DNA of 64,000 nt from Podarcis filfolensis (GCA_964270895.1 OZ185436.1); one strand, 5' to 3'; counted from the stretch's first letter, positions 13,965-26,845 are shown. The notes: a model not told the origin generated them from the sequence alone. Translations and numbers: made by a program.

Positions 13965-14110
13965 AGGCTTACATAGTCCTCTCCGCCTGCATTTTATCCA
14001 TCCCTTTGGCATAGGTGAAGCTGGCGCAGAGTCACCTAGTGATACTCATGACTGAATACAGATTTGAACAAAGATCTCCCTGGGCTCTAATCGCTATATA
14101 CCTACTGGCT
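13965..14110 (-). mobile_element. Old MIR-like SINE
   Basis: GTCACCTAGTGA...CATGACTGAATACAGATTTGAAC...CTACTGGCT is the reverse of the same CORE-like pattern. Confidence 0.45.
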
Positions 14111-14350
14111 TTTGGTAAAATATACTATTTAATTATTTTCTTTTTTTATCTGTCCTTCATTCTAAGGTCCCAAGGTGGTTAGAGCAATATAAAATATACA
14201 TCTCAGGTGTCAAAGGCCAGGCTAAAGAGATGCCTCTTTAGCTTTCTCTGAAAAATGTATAGTTAAGTTGCCAGACCATCTCTGATTCCCAGAACTAAAC
14301 CCTTACATATCAATTGCACCTCAATGGTTTTCAGAATTGATGTTTAAATA

Positions 14351-14576
14351 CAGTGGTACCTCAGGTTAAGTACTTAATTTGTTCCGGAGGTCGATTCTTA
14401 ACCTGAAACTGTTCTTAACCTGAAGCGCCACTTTAGCTAATGGGACCTCCTGCTGCTGCCGTGCCACCGGAGCACAATTTCTGTTCTTATCCTGAAGCAA
14501 AGTTCTTAACGCGAGGTACTATTTCTGGGTTAGTGGAGTCTGTAACCTGAAGCGTATGTAACCCGAGGTACCACTG
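14351..14576. mobile_element. Tc1/mariner-superfamily MITE (226 bp), same family as 9557-9797, opposite orientation
   Basis: TIRs CAGTGGTACCTC / GAGGTACCACTG with TA on both sides. The reverse complement aligns by eye to the 9557 copy along its full length. Confidence 0.93.
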
Positions 14577-14759
14577 TACTTAAGATTTCTCTAACAAGAT
14601 TTCTCTCTGTGCTCACTTTCCCCTTTTTGGTTCCATTTTACTGTAGAGGGCAAAACACCATGGGACAGAGTCAGACTTTGCATTCTAATGTTGGAAAGAC
14701 TCATTTCATCCATAAAAGGGTTGTCCAGCAAAGTGATGGAGGGAGGGAGGTGCCAATAT

Positions 14760-14786
14760 CTGCTGCTGCTGCTGCTGCTGCTGCTG
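14760..14786. repeat. (CTG)9 trinucleotide repeat
   Basis: Read directly from the sequence. Confidence 0.98.
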
Positions 14787-17700
14787 AAGTCCTGTGCTAC
14801 ATAGAACTGTGTAATGGGTGGCACTGGGGGCTGCAAGGGGTGGAGGGAAATCTGCAGACATTGCCTCAGTCCTTCCATTGGTGGGAGCATTCCTTGAGTG
14901 GCACTCTGCCCAGGGGATGCTCCTGATGACAGGACTGCATTCTAGATTCAGCCATTTGAAAGCATTTGGAGCAATCCCAGCTAAAATTAAACTTCTAAAA
15001 CTGCACTTGGTCTCTGTGGGATGCATGATGATTTTCCTTGTCTGTTGAAATGCAAAGCATATCGTTGCTTAATTTGAACGGACTCATGGCCACTGTTTGT
15101 AGGGTTATAATAATGACGCTACCAGAATTATATGTGAGAATTATAAAAATTAAAATGCTTAGTTTTTATATAGATCTAGTGACCATGTACAGAAATGTCA
15201 GTAAGAAATACTCTGCTGCAATTCTATTACTACATGCCGACTCTGATTCCCTCTTATATGCAACAAATAGCAAGCTTCCCCATGTCCCCCCAGGCACAAA
15301 TCAGTAGAACTGGAACAGCATTCCAAAATGGCACGTGTCTTTGCCATTTTAATATTATCATTATCCAATAGATGCTTTCCCACAAGAGGGAAATCAGGAA
15401 TTCATTTGGAGCCCTCTCTGCTCTCTATATGTGTGGTAGAAAATTTCCACGCACCACATGTCCCTCTACAATGTCTATACTGTATCTGCCAAAATAAATA
15501 TTTTATTACACTTATTTTTAGTTGATATTGCATATGTCCTGTTAAGATTAAACAGTCAGAGGTCAGGCAAGTTGACATGAACTGCAGTTTTAAATTAGTT
15601 GTTTGGTGCGCTCTGTGCGTATCTCTTCATAGGTATGTGTATTTCTTGATTAAAAGCTGGGGATGTTTCCTCACTAAAGGGAAGCAAAACCATCATTATC
15701 TGTCCGACATGGAATCCAGTGGCCGCTAATCAAAGCTGTGCTGCATCTGGTTAAAATATACTTGGCAAAGACTTGTTTCAATTGAAGGTTTTGCCATGTC
15801 AAGGGAATCTTTCACTCAAAGCAACGACCCATATTGTGCTGAACAAACACATGAGTTTTTCATTGAGAACAATAGCCTAACAAACCACTTCCCGGGAACA
15901 TTGAAAGAAAAATATGTGCCTTTGGCAGTTCCTGCCCTGAGTAGTGTTTATTTGAAAACACTTCAAATGTGTCTATATTAAATGTATGGAATAATTTTTT
16001 TAAAAAAAACAAATACAACCCCCACCCCACCAAAATTAGCTGGTTTAAATTTGCTAAGATGCAGCGCTGTGCTGGGAGAGGTGTTTCATATAGTGACATA
16101 AGTCTGTGATATAAACAAACATTAATTACAACGGCACAATGAAGCCAATTTCCTCCTCTTTCCTTGCTTCTCCTCTTTGGGAGCAGGGATGTAACAAAAA
16201 TGAAAATGTGGGAGCAAAATACACAAAACTGGAATGTTTTTTTCCACAGGTTTTACATGTGTAGACTTCTAATCAAATTTTCCGAAGTGACTTGATACTG
16301 GTATCTTCTTTTGAAGCGGTGCCTCTAAAATCTTACACACAAAAATGTGTACCTTCTATTGTATGCGTAACATACTGTGTTGTACGTGACTGTATCTTAA
16401 TGAAGCAGTGAATGGGGGCTCTGATAAACACTTGGAACTTCCCTGTGCACAAAATTTCCACATTCATTTACAAATTAATCTGTCATTCACGAATGTCTCA
16501 GGATCCGGATGTTAATTGCTGATTTGATCATTTTGCGGCACTGTTACAGGGGATAAACATACTTCTGTGATGTGAGGCTTTTCAGCCAATATTTTCATAA
16601 TAAAGTGAATTTTTGGATATCCAAATTCTTTGGATGCAGCCCTATATGCACACCTACCAGGCAGTAGTGACTTCTGAGTAGAAATTGCACTGGGACCTTA
16701 GGATGAAGGGTTGGTAATTAATCATAATACCAGGGCAAGCTACCTGGCAAACCATCTTTGGATCAAGTAACCAACCCTGGATTTTCAGTGTCTTGCTAGT
16801 TCTACCTTGGCAGTTGATAACAATCTGCATGTTAAGAGCAACCAATGTGATGCCCTTTGGATGCTGTGGAACTAAAATTCCCACAACTCTGAACCTTACA
16901 CATGCTGGCTGGGACTGATGGTAGTTTTTCCCCACGACATATGGATCCCCACCCGCCCCCATAAATTTTATTGAAACTTTTCATCATACAGCACAATAAA
17001 AAACAAACTATGTAGAAAAGGGAAGAGGAAGAAAGAACAGAGAAATGGCAAAGCCCTCTCTCAAAGGTAGATCTTAATAGAACAATTAGCAGTGTTTACT
17101 CTGCATCTTGTGCAATGATGAAAACTGGTAGAAGTAATTATACTTAATTGGAGATGATACAGACAAATGACTATATTTGGTTATTTGTGTAAGAAGAAAA
17201 CCCCTTATCTTCTCTATTCTAAACACTGAGTTTAAAATTGAAGAGTTAGTTTTTGTTTCCCTTGCAGCTTTTGTCATTTGGAGGTGGAGTTTCACAGACG
17301 CTGGCAAAGAGGTTGCATACCTTATAGTAAGATGGTGTGGAGCAGGAGTCTTAATGGAAGAAGCCTGGAGGTTATGGCAAAACAGCTTTATTATGGCCAT
17401 TGTAGTCCATGCTAGAAGGGCTTAATTAGCTAATAAGCAAAGGAAGTTATCCCAACCGTTTATTTATGAGCAAGTTAAAAGATTCAGTTAGACCATATGG
17501 CTGTGTTTAAGTTTCCTGTTTATTTTCTCCTCCCCCTCCCAGCTCCCCAGTTTTCACAGTTCAGCTGCATTCTTTGTATAAATCTTGCGGCTCAAACGAA
17601 TCATCTTAAATGATACCAACAACAAAGGCAAAATTGTTGTAGCTATGAAACTTTATGAAAGCCAGACATTTGTTTCCGTGACCTTTTAAATACTACTCAC

Positions 17701-18323
17701 ACATCTAGAGAGCACATTAGTGTGAGGATTATCACATATAAAGGTGAATGATAAGATAAAAGGTTGGCATAATGTATGATGCTGACATCGGACACAACTG
17801 CCAAATTCAGGCATGTTTTGGTCCTGTTGTTTCTGAGTGAGAAAGTTAAGCACAACTTCTGGTGAAATCAATGGAGTGTAAAAATGCCTGACTTTAGTTG
17901 GATTATATGTATAATATGTAAGTAAACAAACTACCACAGCATGCTGTATGGTTTCTATTTTTTAGCAATTATATTTCACTTATATAATTCACTAAAATAA
18001 CTTCTTATAATGGAGAAATAGCTCTGTCAACCAATCTTCCACTCAGGAAACTACTCATTATATATAATTTTCATGTTCAAGAAGAGATTGCTAGACTGTC
18101 CTAAAGCACTACAACTACTGGGTCCACAACACAATCTGAATTCCAATATTTTAGAGGTTTCAGTTATCACTGCTAAATTCAGCTAACACATCAGTGAAAT
18201 TGGTATCATTAGACCGTAGTGTGACTAGCAAAATCAGATAGCCTAGTCTGAGAATAAGCTGCTCGAAGGAGCAAGTATTTCATGACATTTTAAGCTTAGC
18301 ATACACAAAAGCAAAATTCTATG

Positions 18324-18325
<2 letters not shown>

Positions 18326-18375
<50 letters not shown>
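18326..18375. repeat. (AT)25 microsatellite at the 3' end of the L1 fragment
   Basis: Read directly from the sequence. Confidence 0.98.
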
Positions 18376-18379
<4 letters not shown>

Positions 18380-19146
18380 CGACAAGAAAAAAAGAAAAAA
18401 ACACAAATACCAAATTGCACACAAATTACAAAAATAACCATAGACACATAATTTTCTTAGCAAACAATAAAACATCTATTGGTCTTGACACTAAAGACCC
18501 AACCTCCCGTCTATTCCATATTTCAAAATTCATATTTCTTTTTGCCAATACACACTTTTAACATAATTTAACTTATTCTCAATAAATCTAATTTCTTATA
18601 TCTACCTTGCAATTATTACTGAAGTTCCTCGAATGCTGCAACAGAATTTAAACTACTATATTTATTTTTCAGATAATCTTTGAAAACCTCCCATTTTGAA
18701 ACAAATTCCTGTTTTGATTTGTTCTTTATTTTTTCTGATAAACCATCTAATTCGGCATATTCTGTCAGCTTTTGGATCCAATCTTATATATAGGGGATTT
18801 CATTACTCTTCCATTTTGCTGCGATCAAAACTCTTGCTGCCGCCGTCGCATATAAAAAGATACCCTTCCTCTTTTGTGGAATATCCAAATCTGTTATTCC
18901 CAGGAGGTAGGCCTCTGCATGGATACTCTCCCAGAATACCTGTATTTTCCTACATATCCACCACATATGGTAGAATGTTCCTGATTCACCGCATCTCCAA
19001 CAATTACTTGACACATTTTTATACATTTTTGAAAGTTTCCATGGTGTTAGATACCATCGATGTTGCATTTTTTGAAAGTTCTCTCTAATCGTGTAACAAT
19101 TTGTGAATTTCCAATTGATCTTCCATAAATTTTCCCATTGGGCCAT
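18376..19146 (-). mobile_element. 5'-truncated L1 LINE: ORF2 C-terminus plus 3' UTR
   Basis: ORF 18784-19146 carries the L1 cysteine-rich motif (CWRCGESGTFYHMWWIC) and ...LLG...AARVLIAAKWK. After one premature TAA the frame continues DWIQKLTEYAELDGLSEKIKNKSKQEFVSKWEVFKDYL to a stop at 18616-18618. A T-rich 3' UTR follows. Confidence 0.92.
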
Positions 19147-19198
19147 GGGTTATTGAATGGCCAAAATCCTGGGACCACCTCACCATTGCCACTGTTAC

Positions 19199-19228
19199 CT
19201 CCTCCTTGACTATCCAGTCAAGGAGGAG
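19199..19228. repeat. Perfect 13-bp inverted repeat with 4-nt loop
   Basis: CTCCTCCTTGACT-ATCC-AGTCAAGGAGGAG. Confidence 0.95.
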
Positions 19229-22200
19229 TCGATATCTATGTAATATTTATAAATGGAGTCCTGCCCAGTTTTATTATAAGTGAAATAATATTGGCAGTTG
19301 AAAACATAGAAATAAATCATGAACAGTAATTTTTTTTTTCTTTTTAAACAAATGTCTTTTAAGAAATTAGATTTGGTCGATTAAGAGTTGAACTTGTAAC
19401 AATATCGAATGGCAGCCATGTGAAGAGCACTGCTCTGAACCTCTTACTTGGGGTTACCATTGCGGTGCCCATGGGCACACTTGTGCCCACAGAGACCCTC
19501 GCTGGTGCCCCCCTTCCCCCCTGAAATTAGACTTGAAAGAAGCACTATTGTCGTGGCCAGCAAAAAAGGTTGTGTTGTGTTGTTTTGGTATGTGGTGCCT
19601 GTGACAGCTTACCCTGTTTGCAGATGTGTCCAGGCACCCAGCAGCTTGGCCACTCTTGCCTTATGCCAGCCATTACCATTACCATTAGGAGTAAAATATC
19701 TTTATTTTTTAGATTTTTACAAGTGCCTTGTCAGAATGGGTTTCTTGGAATGTAGTATGTTTGTAAATGTTGGTAAAAACATACAGGGGAGTTTCTGGCA
19801 TACCTCTGCAAATAAAGCATTGTTTTTCAGCTTAGGAAAGGGGGGAAAATGCAAAATTTAATTGTGAATCTGCAAATAATTGTTCTCTTTGGCTGTCAAC
19901 ATGTCTAGCAGAAATGTAACATCTGAGGTAATATTTTAAAACCGTCAGGATATATATGTACAAGAGAAAGTTGTATGACCTTTTAGAAAAATGGGCAATG
20001 TTCCAGGGCAGCAGGAAAAGAATAATAACCCAGAGTCCAATAATGTCACTCTTTGTAAAGGCCTGGATGAGGGTTTTATTACTTGAAGTTTCTGAATGTT
20101 TCTAAGAGTAATCCTGAGAGAAGCAAACATTACCACATTGTAAGCAGTAGATAATGATGATGATGAAGAATCAGAAATAAATTGCCAAATCTCATGTTTA
20201 AGCACCAGGGAAATAGCTACTAAATATTCCAGTGCTCATTTGGGAAATCAATCAGTTCAAAAGAACGCAGATTCTGACCTCCCTTCCTTTCCATCTAAGT
20301 GGTATTCTCAGGATGCTGAAGGGGCTATTTAATAATAATAAAAAATAGTTGGAGTCACCCTACACCCTACATACTTGAGGAAGAGAACTGATGTTTCTAC
20401 AGAAGAGAGATCAGAAGCTTTTAGTACTCTCCTGGCCCATGCCCCCAATGAAAGGTAAAAGCATTCTAAGGGTCCATTTTTTTAAAAAAATCTAATCTTG
20501 ATAAAATCCACAAAATAAACCATTGCATCATAGAAACATCATAAAAAATATTGCAGGGCATTAGCCTTGTGCAGGCAAAACTCACATGCTCATTAAATAT
20601 ATGAGCCTTTGGTGGTCTCCATATTGAAGAGCTCATGAATAAAGAGTTTTTTGGAGGAAGGGTGATAGGCAAATGTTTTAAATATTTATTTTATCCGATG
20701 CTGGACTTTGAAGTTTTTAAATCAGGAGGAATTCTCATTGGTGCGTTTCTCGACTTCTCTAAATGGATCATATGAAGGATTCTGTCACTTTGTGGTTGTT
20801 CTGTACTTAGGAACAGAAGGTCAGAGGCAGACTCTTTCTAGCCTGGATTTTGGGATCCTACATATGTTATCTCTTGCATCAGGTTTCCAGTCACATGGAG
20901 AAGCTCAATACTACTGCAAAACCTAAACAGGCAATGGACGTTCTGATTTCTGCTGGCAATATTTTCTGTAGTGCCAAGAAGTTGAAGAATTAAGCGGTGG
21001 TCTAAGAAGCAAAATGATGAAAAAAATTGATACTGCATTTCAAAATTTGTGATAAGGAAGAATTTTTAAAATAACAGCACAAGAGGGATGCTCTTTCTCA
21101 ATATTCTTTCACAAATCACTGCCTATACACTTGTAAGGTGCTTACTCTATTGAGTCAGCTTAATGCCCAATATCTGCAGAATGTTCTGCTCCTGCTGTCC
21201 TGTGTCTAGTTTGATCAGGGCTCTGAAAAACTGGCAAGTTATCATTCGCAACATATATAAGTTACTCTTTACATCATACTCCAGATAAAATGCCTTCAGA
21301 TAATCAATAACAGAAGTTCACAGGAGCCTGTGACATTACTAGGTTATACCTGAGTAACAGTAAATAGGGTTAAATGGATAGTATCATTAGAACATAAACT
21401 GTGACAGAAAAAAGTCCTAGTTATAGTAGCAAATCTAAATTTAATTATTTTTCTTTTGGAAGCTAGTCAAACTCAATTTTTATTTTATTTTGTAAAAAGT
21501 TTTTGTAGAGTTTACATAACTTGGTAACAATATCAAGCATTAATACATGTGGCTGCCATGGGGGAAAGATATGGCAAAAAGATGTAAACTTTAATTCCTT
21601 TGAATTATGCATTGTGTACTTAGACAGTGGTAGAAACAGTATGTTTATCTGTTGACTTCCAGTAAAATTTAGTGTCTATTCCTACTTAATAACTTACTCT
21701 TTTGTATGTTTGACATGTATTTTATGTCTTCCATTTACATGGATATGTAAGATACACAATTGTGGGCGAGGATCTCGAGAAAAAGTGCAGCGCTGCGCTA
21801 AGGGGAGGAAACACAGGACACTTTTTGTTCTATTAATTTATTGATCTTTCCTATGTCTGGTCTAGAAGCAGTATTAAATTGTAAGCAAAAACTGAACATG
21901 AGTTGTTACTTGCATTAGTTTATACATGTTGCATTTTAGTTCCTGGGCAATCTCTTAAGCTGTTTCTGGCTGATGTTAGATTTATTGTACAGGCTTCAGA
22001 GGAGAAAGCTCTTACAAAGCTTGTTGCTGACTGACAAAATTATGTCTCAGATTGTTTCCATTATTGCATATTTGAGATCAGAGCACAAGTGGAACCTTAA
22101 ACTCCACTGCCCATATTTGACTAGGAATGCAAACTAAAATAATTCTTACTAAAACAGCAAATTGTTTGGACTTGATACCACTGGCCTTCAACTTAAACAT

Positions 22201-23094
22201 CAGCGTATTGACACCAGCTACCATTTTTCCTTCTGTAATCCTGCACATTCATTTATTCATGTCGGCTTAGTTGCATAGTCACCTAACTTGTACCCAGCTC
22301 TGGTCTCCTATTTTCTAGTAGTGTTTATGCCTCATATGTAAATTTTATCCTAACAGTCACATCTTGCTTCCAATAAAGCTGTGCTTGGGATTCGACCATT
22401 TTCCCAGAAAAGCAAGTACCAACATTATAGAACGACTATCAATAATGCCTTTTTATGCCCCTTTGTTAAAATGTAGTTAAGTACAGGAACAAACAGATTG
22501 TGTTTTGATTCTTGAGTCATTGTAGAATCCAAATCAGCCCAAATCCAGAAGCCATATCTGTATAAACCAGTGATTCACTGGATTCCTCCTTCTGAATGCC
22601 ACAAAATGGCTGTGCATCACCTTGTAGTGTAAATGACTGGCATGACCTTGCCCCTACATTTGCTTGCTTTCTCCCTCCTCCTACTCTATTCCTTGTTGGA
22701 AGGAGACACTTTTGCTTTCACTTGGGCTAGATCCGTATTGTACAAGCGTGAGCATCAAATGGAATAATCTTTGTAGTCATCTTGCCGTTCCTTCTCCCAC
22801 TTGCTCATTGGTTATATCAGATGGATCCCATCCAACAGTTGGCTTGGGGAGCCTAGTAGTCTTAGGAAGACAGCAAAGAGGAGATTTAGCTCATGGCAAG
22901 AGATGAGAAGGGTGGAAACACAGATCTGTGACAGAGAAGCATTGTGCTCTGGGTGTCTCTGCATCCATACAGTGGCTGCTACCAATAGGAGCAAATCTAC
23001 TTTCTAAGGTCACAAGCCTTCCTCTCAGGTTTGGTTATGTATAGGTAGCCACAGTTAGGACCTTCCAAGTGAAAGAAAATATATTGCTATATAT

Positions 23095-23218
23095 CGGTGA
23101 TGGGAAACCTGTGGTACTCCAGATGTTGTTGAGCTCCAGCTCCCATCAGCCCCAGACAACAAGGCCACTAGTGAGGGACCAACAACATGTGCAGGGCCAG
23201 AGGTTCCCCAGCCCCCTG
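23095..23218. mobile_element. Degraded hAT-type MITE
   Basis: GATGGGAAACCTGTGG...CCAGATGTTG...CTCCCATCAGCCCC...AGGTTCCCCAGCCCCCTG. Possible TSD CTATATAT / CTATATGG (6/8). Confidence 0.6.
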
Positions 23219-25876
23219 CTATATGGTATAAATATATAGGTATGGAAAGTTAATTTCACTTCTACCGTTACTCATTTCACTATGTTGTGTAAATGTTTCA
23301 GCTTTTAAAGAATGAAAGAAAAAGACAAATCCAGTGTTCATGCTTTTAAAACACTGAACAGATTGTGAAGACTGCAGTCATTCGTCATTTGTGAAATAGC
23401 TACACGATCATGTTCAGAGTGATACTTCAGGCTCTTATGTAACAAAATTGTTATTTTCTTCCACTGCTAGCAAATCTATCTTTGTAAATGATTATATATT
23501 GATGACTGAAAAAGGAAAGCCTGACAAACTGGAGTTAAAATAATATTTCCCCAGGGAAGCTTCATTCAGTGAAACGATGACCTTACAGTACAACTTAGGG
23601 GCTAAGCCTTATGAAAAATAAATTGCAACGCTATATCTTAATCAGTGGAGAAATAACCAGCAAGTAAGACCCTGTCTTCTTATATATGCTCAGGACTTTT
23701 TCCAAATATGTGTCACAGTTCATTTTTTGTTAGCACACAGAATGGACTTTGATCTTCTCTTTTCATACTGTAACATTTCCAGCTAGAGTAGACATCTTAT
23801 CTCATTTATTGATAAGAATTCTTGCGAACCTCTGGCTATAAAGAGGTACACTAACCTTTACTTGTAGCATTCCAGCTTGTTCCTTGTGCCCTTACTTCAG
23901 TGTTCATGCTGAGCCTCTGGAACTTGGTGAATACTCTCTTAAATTTCAGCAGGCATTTTAGGTACCTGCCTCTGAGTTTTTGTTTAATTTTAACTGATTT
24001 TATGCTATATTCTTTAGGTATCCCTCTTGTAGTCCAACGGTACACCACTTAGAAACTGCAGTATTAAGCAATCCAGGTACAATTGCAGCAGACCACCAGC
24101 CTAAGCTGATAAAGAGGCACTTTGTGCCACAAAGGACACTTGTGCCTCCAATGGCAATGGGAAGTAAGAGTACACCCAAACTGTTCTGTTTCAGGGGGAT
24201 TATAACTCCATCTAACAGGTTGCGCCTCACCCACCCTAACTGAGGAACGTACCTATTGGCACTGTCTCTATTTTATCTGAACTGAGCTTAATTTTGTTGG
24301 TCGTCATGCAGTCCATTACCATGGCTGGGCACCAGTTGGTCCACTACCACACCTACTTACAATGTAAAGGAGAAATAAGAATTGCATGTCATCAGCAAAC
24401 TTATGATAGTGCACCAAAACTCCGGATAACCCCACTCAGATGTTTCATGTAGATGTTGAGTAGCATGGAATATAAGATAGAACCCTGCAGAACCCCACAT
24501 TTCAGGCAGTGTCCTCCACTTTCAACTCATGCAACAACTCCAGAAGGATACCACATTATTTTTAAGAGATGCCATATAATGTCAATCTGACAGGATTCCA
24601 TTACAGAATGACCCCGTCTGACTTCTCTTTGGTGCAACCCACCTTAGGTCATGTGCATTGTTACACATCCCTTAACTAACCAGTGACCTTGCCCAGTGGA
24701 AAATTGAGTGTGACACAACTGGATGTTTAAGATAAAGAGTCAGCAGAAAACTTAATGCTGAGAATTCATTTGCTTATATTCCATATTGTTTTTTCATTTG
24801 TGTGTCAGAGGTTCCTTCAGAGGCTCATCAGCTGCATTTTTAGCATGAATTCCCCTTCAGCAGAAACAAGCACCTCCTCACTGGGCTAGGGTTGGCCATC
24901 TGAAATACGTTATATTTCTTTATCTTTGAAACACCTAGGAAGTGTTTTTCTTTCAAGTGTGCCTAAGATACATCTTAATTAGTGGAGTTTTCTACTTCCT
25001 GGGGGAAAGCAGGCCGATTGCTCTATTGGGAGACATTCTGTTCTATTTGGAAAGCAGGAATGACCTCATTCCCCACAGCTGTTGCAAAGTCATAATGTTT
25101 CTAACCTCAGTCAATCATATTAAGTATAGGTTCAATCTTGAGATACTACAGTGTTCAGTATATTTTCCCCTAATACATGGAGACCCAAACTGAGGTGCCT
25201 TTATTAGGCCTATAAAGCCCACTGTGATGCAATGTAGCCATTGCTTTTCTGTAGACATTTACATGAGTCTACACACCGGCCACAATCCCTTATGTCACTT
25301 TTTTCCTCCACACAAAATGCTCCTCTGCACAACTGTGCCCTTTCTCCTCCTTCATTTGCATTTTGTAGAATGAGAAGGCAAACAGATGCATTGTTTAGTT
25401 TTGTCCTAAGGCCAGGTAACCTGTCCTTTTTAAGTCCCACAAAAGGCACCTCACATGCATTGAAAGAATAGCTTCCCTCTCGTGTGCAGGAGCAGCACAT
25501 GCGTACATGTGTAGAGCCACTTCACAATCTGGCCAAATGAATGGACAGCAGGAGTGTGTGGCCACTGGGCATGTCTGTGGTGGGGCTGGACCTGACTAGC
25601 ACTGGTCCCTCAGGTCCCTCAGGTGTTCTTTCAGTATCCATAGGACAATTTGTGGGGTTGTTTCGGGTACAGGTGTTCAAACACACGCAACTAGGATGTG
25701 CAGTCTTTGCTTGCGGTCCGTCCAAAACAGAAGCTTCACCAGTGTACCAAGGCAACATGTCTATGTTACGGTCCCCCTGCCCAATGTTTAATATCAATCC
25801 ATTTTTAACTTGTAGTGGAATATGATGCTTGCAGTGGAATATGATGAATAATACTTCCTTAGGCACCCTTTGAAAA

Positions 25877-26021
25877 CGATAGCTCAGTTGGTTAGAGTGT
25901 GGTGCTGATAACACCGAGGTTGCAGGTTTGATCCCTGTGTGGGACAGCTGCATATTCTTGCATTGCTGGAGGTTGGGCTAGATGATCCTCAAGGCCCCTT
26001 CCATCTCTACAGTTCTATGAT
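25877..26021 (+). mobile_element. tRNA-Ile-derived SINE with CR1-type 3' tail
   Basis: The head TAGCTCAGTTGGTTAGAGTGTGGTGCTGATAACACCGAGGTTGCAGGTTTGATCCC resembles tRNA-Ile and carries A and B boxes. The tail is GGCTAGATGATCCTCAAGGCCCCTTCCATCTCTACAGTTCTATGA. Confidence 0.85.
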
Positions 26022-26711
26022 CTCTCTTTACCCTGTCCTGGCCTTTTATCACTTATATAGCTTTTTACTGTGTGCAATAGTATCTATATTCACCTAGTCA
26101 GGTGGCATACAATATTCTGGGTGAACCTTAAAAGAGTGATGAATGTATGTCAATCACAATTCCTTGGGGCTAAAAGACCAGACTCACAAATGGTGTTAGT
26201 TGGGCTTAAGAATCAGTACCACCCCAGAATTATCAAGAAACAAAGGGATATTACTATAAAAGCAGAAAACGTACATTTATTAAGGAAGCACCAGTGGGGG
26301 AGGTACAATAAAACTGGTTGGACTGTTGTCACAGTGGGAAGCCTTCATTTGACCTTTCTTTAGAAATCATGTAGAATATCAAATTTTTCTCTGCACTTGC
26401 AGCTTCCTTTTTTGTTGCTGTGGCCCAATGAGCCTTAGAAACTATGTCCAGTGCATGCCTACTGTAGCTGATGGTTGCATAGAGGCATGCCTCCCTTCTC
26501 CCCTCTTCTGGTTCAGGGCTAATCTGCATGCCTGCTGACTCTGGAGCATGCCCCCCTTTTTCAGGTGCTTGAGCAACTGATGGTGTTACATATCTGGAGA
26601 TTATGGTCTACTACCACGCAGGCGTGCCTCCAAAGACCTTCTAGGTGGCAAGATTGCTGGCAAGCATTTTAAAGAATTTCAGTTGTTCAAGACCACCAGT
26701 CTTGAAGGTTG

Positions 26712-26840
26712 TGTCCTGCCTTCAGTGTCAGGGATAGTATGCCAGGATAGTTGCTGGGGAGCACAAGTGTAGAGAGTGCTGCTGTGCTCATGACTTTATT
26801 GGGGGCTTCCCATAGGCATCTGATTGGTCACTGTCAGAAG
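26712..26840 (+). mobile_element. Degraded CR1 3'-end fragment
   Basis: GGGCTTCCCATAGGCATCTGATTGGTCACTGT resembles the CR1 3' terminus. Confidence 0.45.
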
Positions 26841-26845
26841 GTGGG

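Noticed and set aside
14591-15026. Overlapping ORFs with polyQ, polyA and polyS tracts
   Set aside because: All are translations of the (CTG)9 repeat in different frames, with no exon evidence.
18696-19088. 130-aa plus-strand ORF
   Set aside because: Antisense shadow of the L1 ORF2 fragment.
19448-19861. 137-aa plus-strand ORF
   Set aside because: No recognisable homology; within the chance range for 64 kb.
25878-25947. Functional tRNA-Ile gene
   Set aside because: The acceptor stem is not intact, the B box is mutated (GGTTTGATCC), and it is fused to a CR1 tail, so it is a SINE.
25522-25953. 143-aa minus-strand ORF, the longest in the track
   Set aside because: Its N-terminus is the antisense of the tRNA-Ile SINE, and there is no recognisable domain or coding-like composition.
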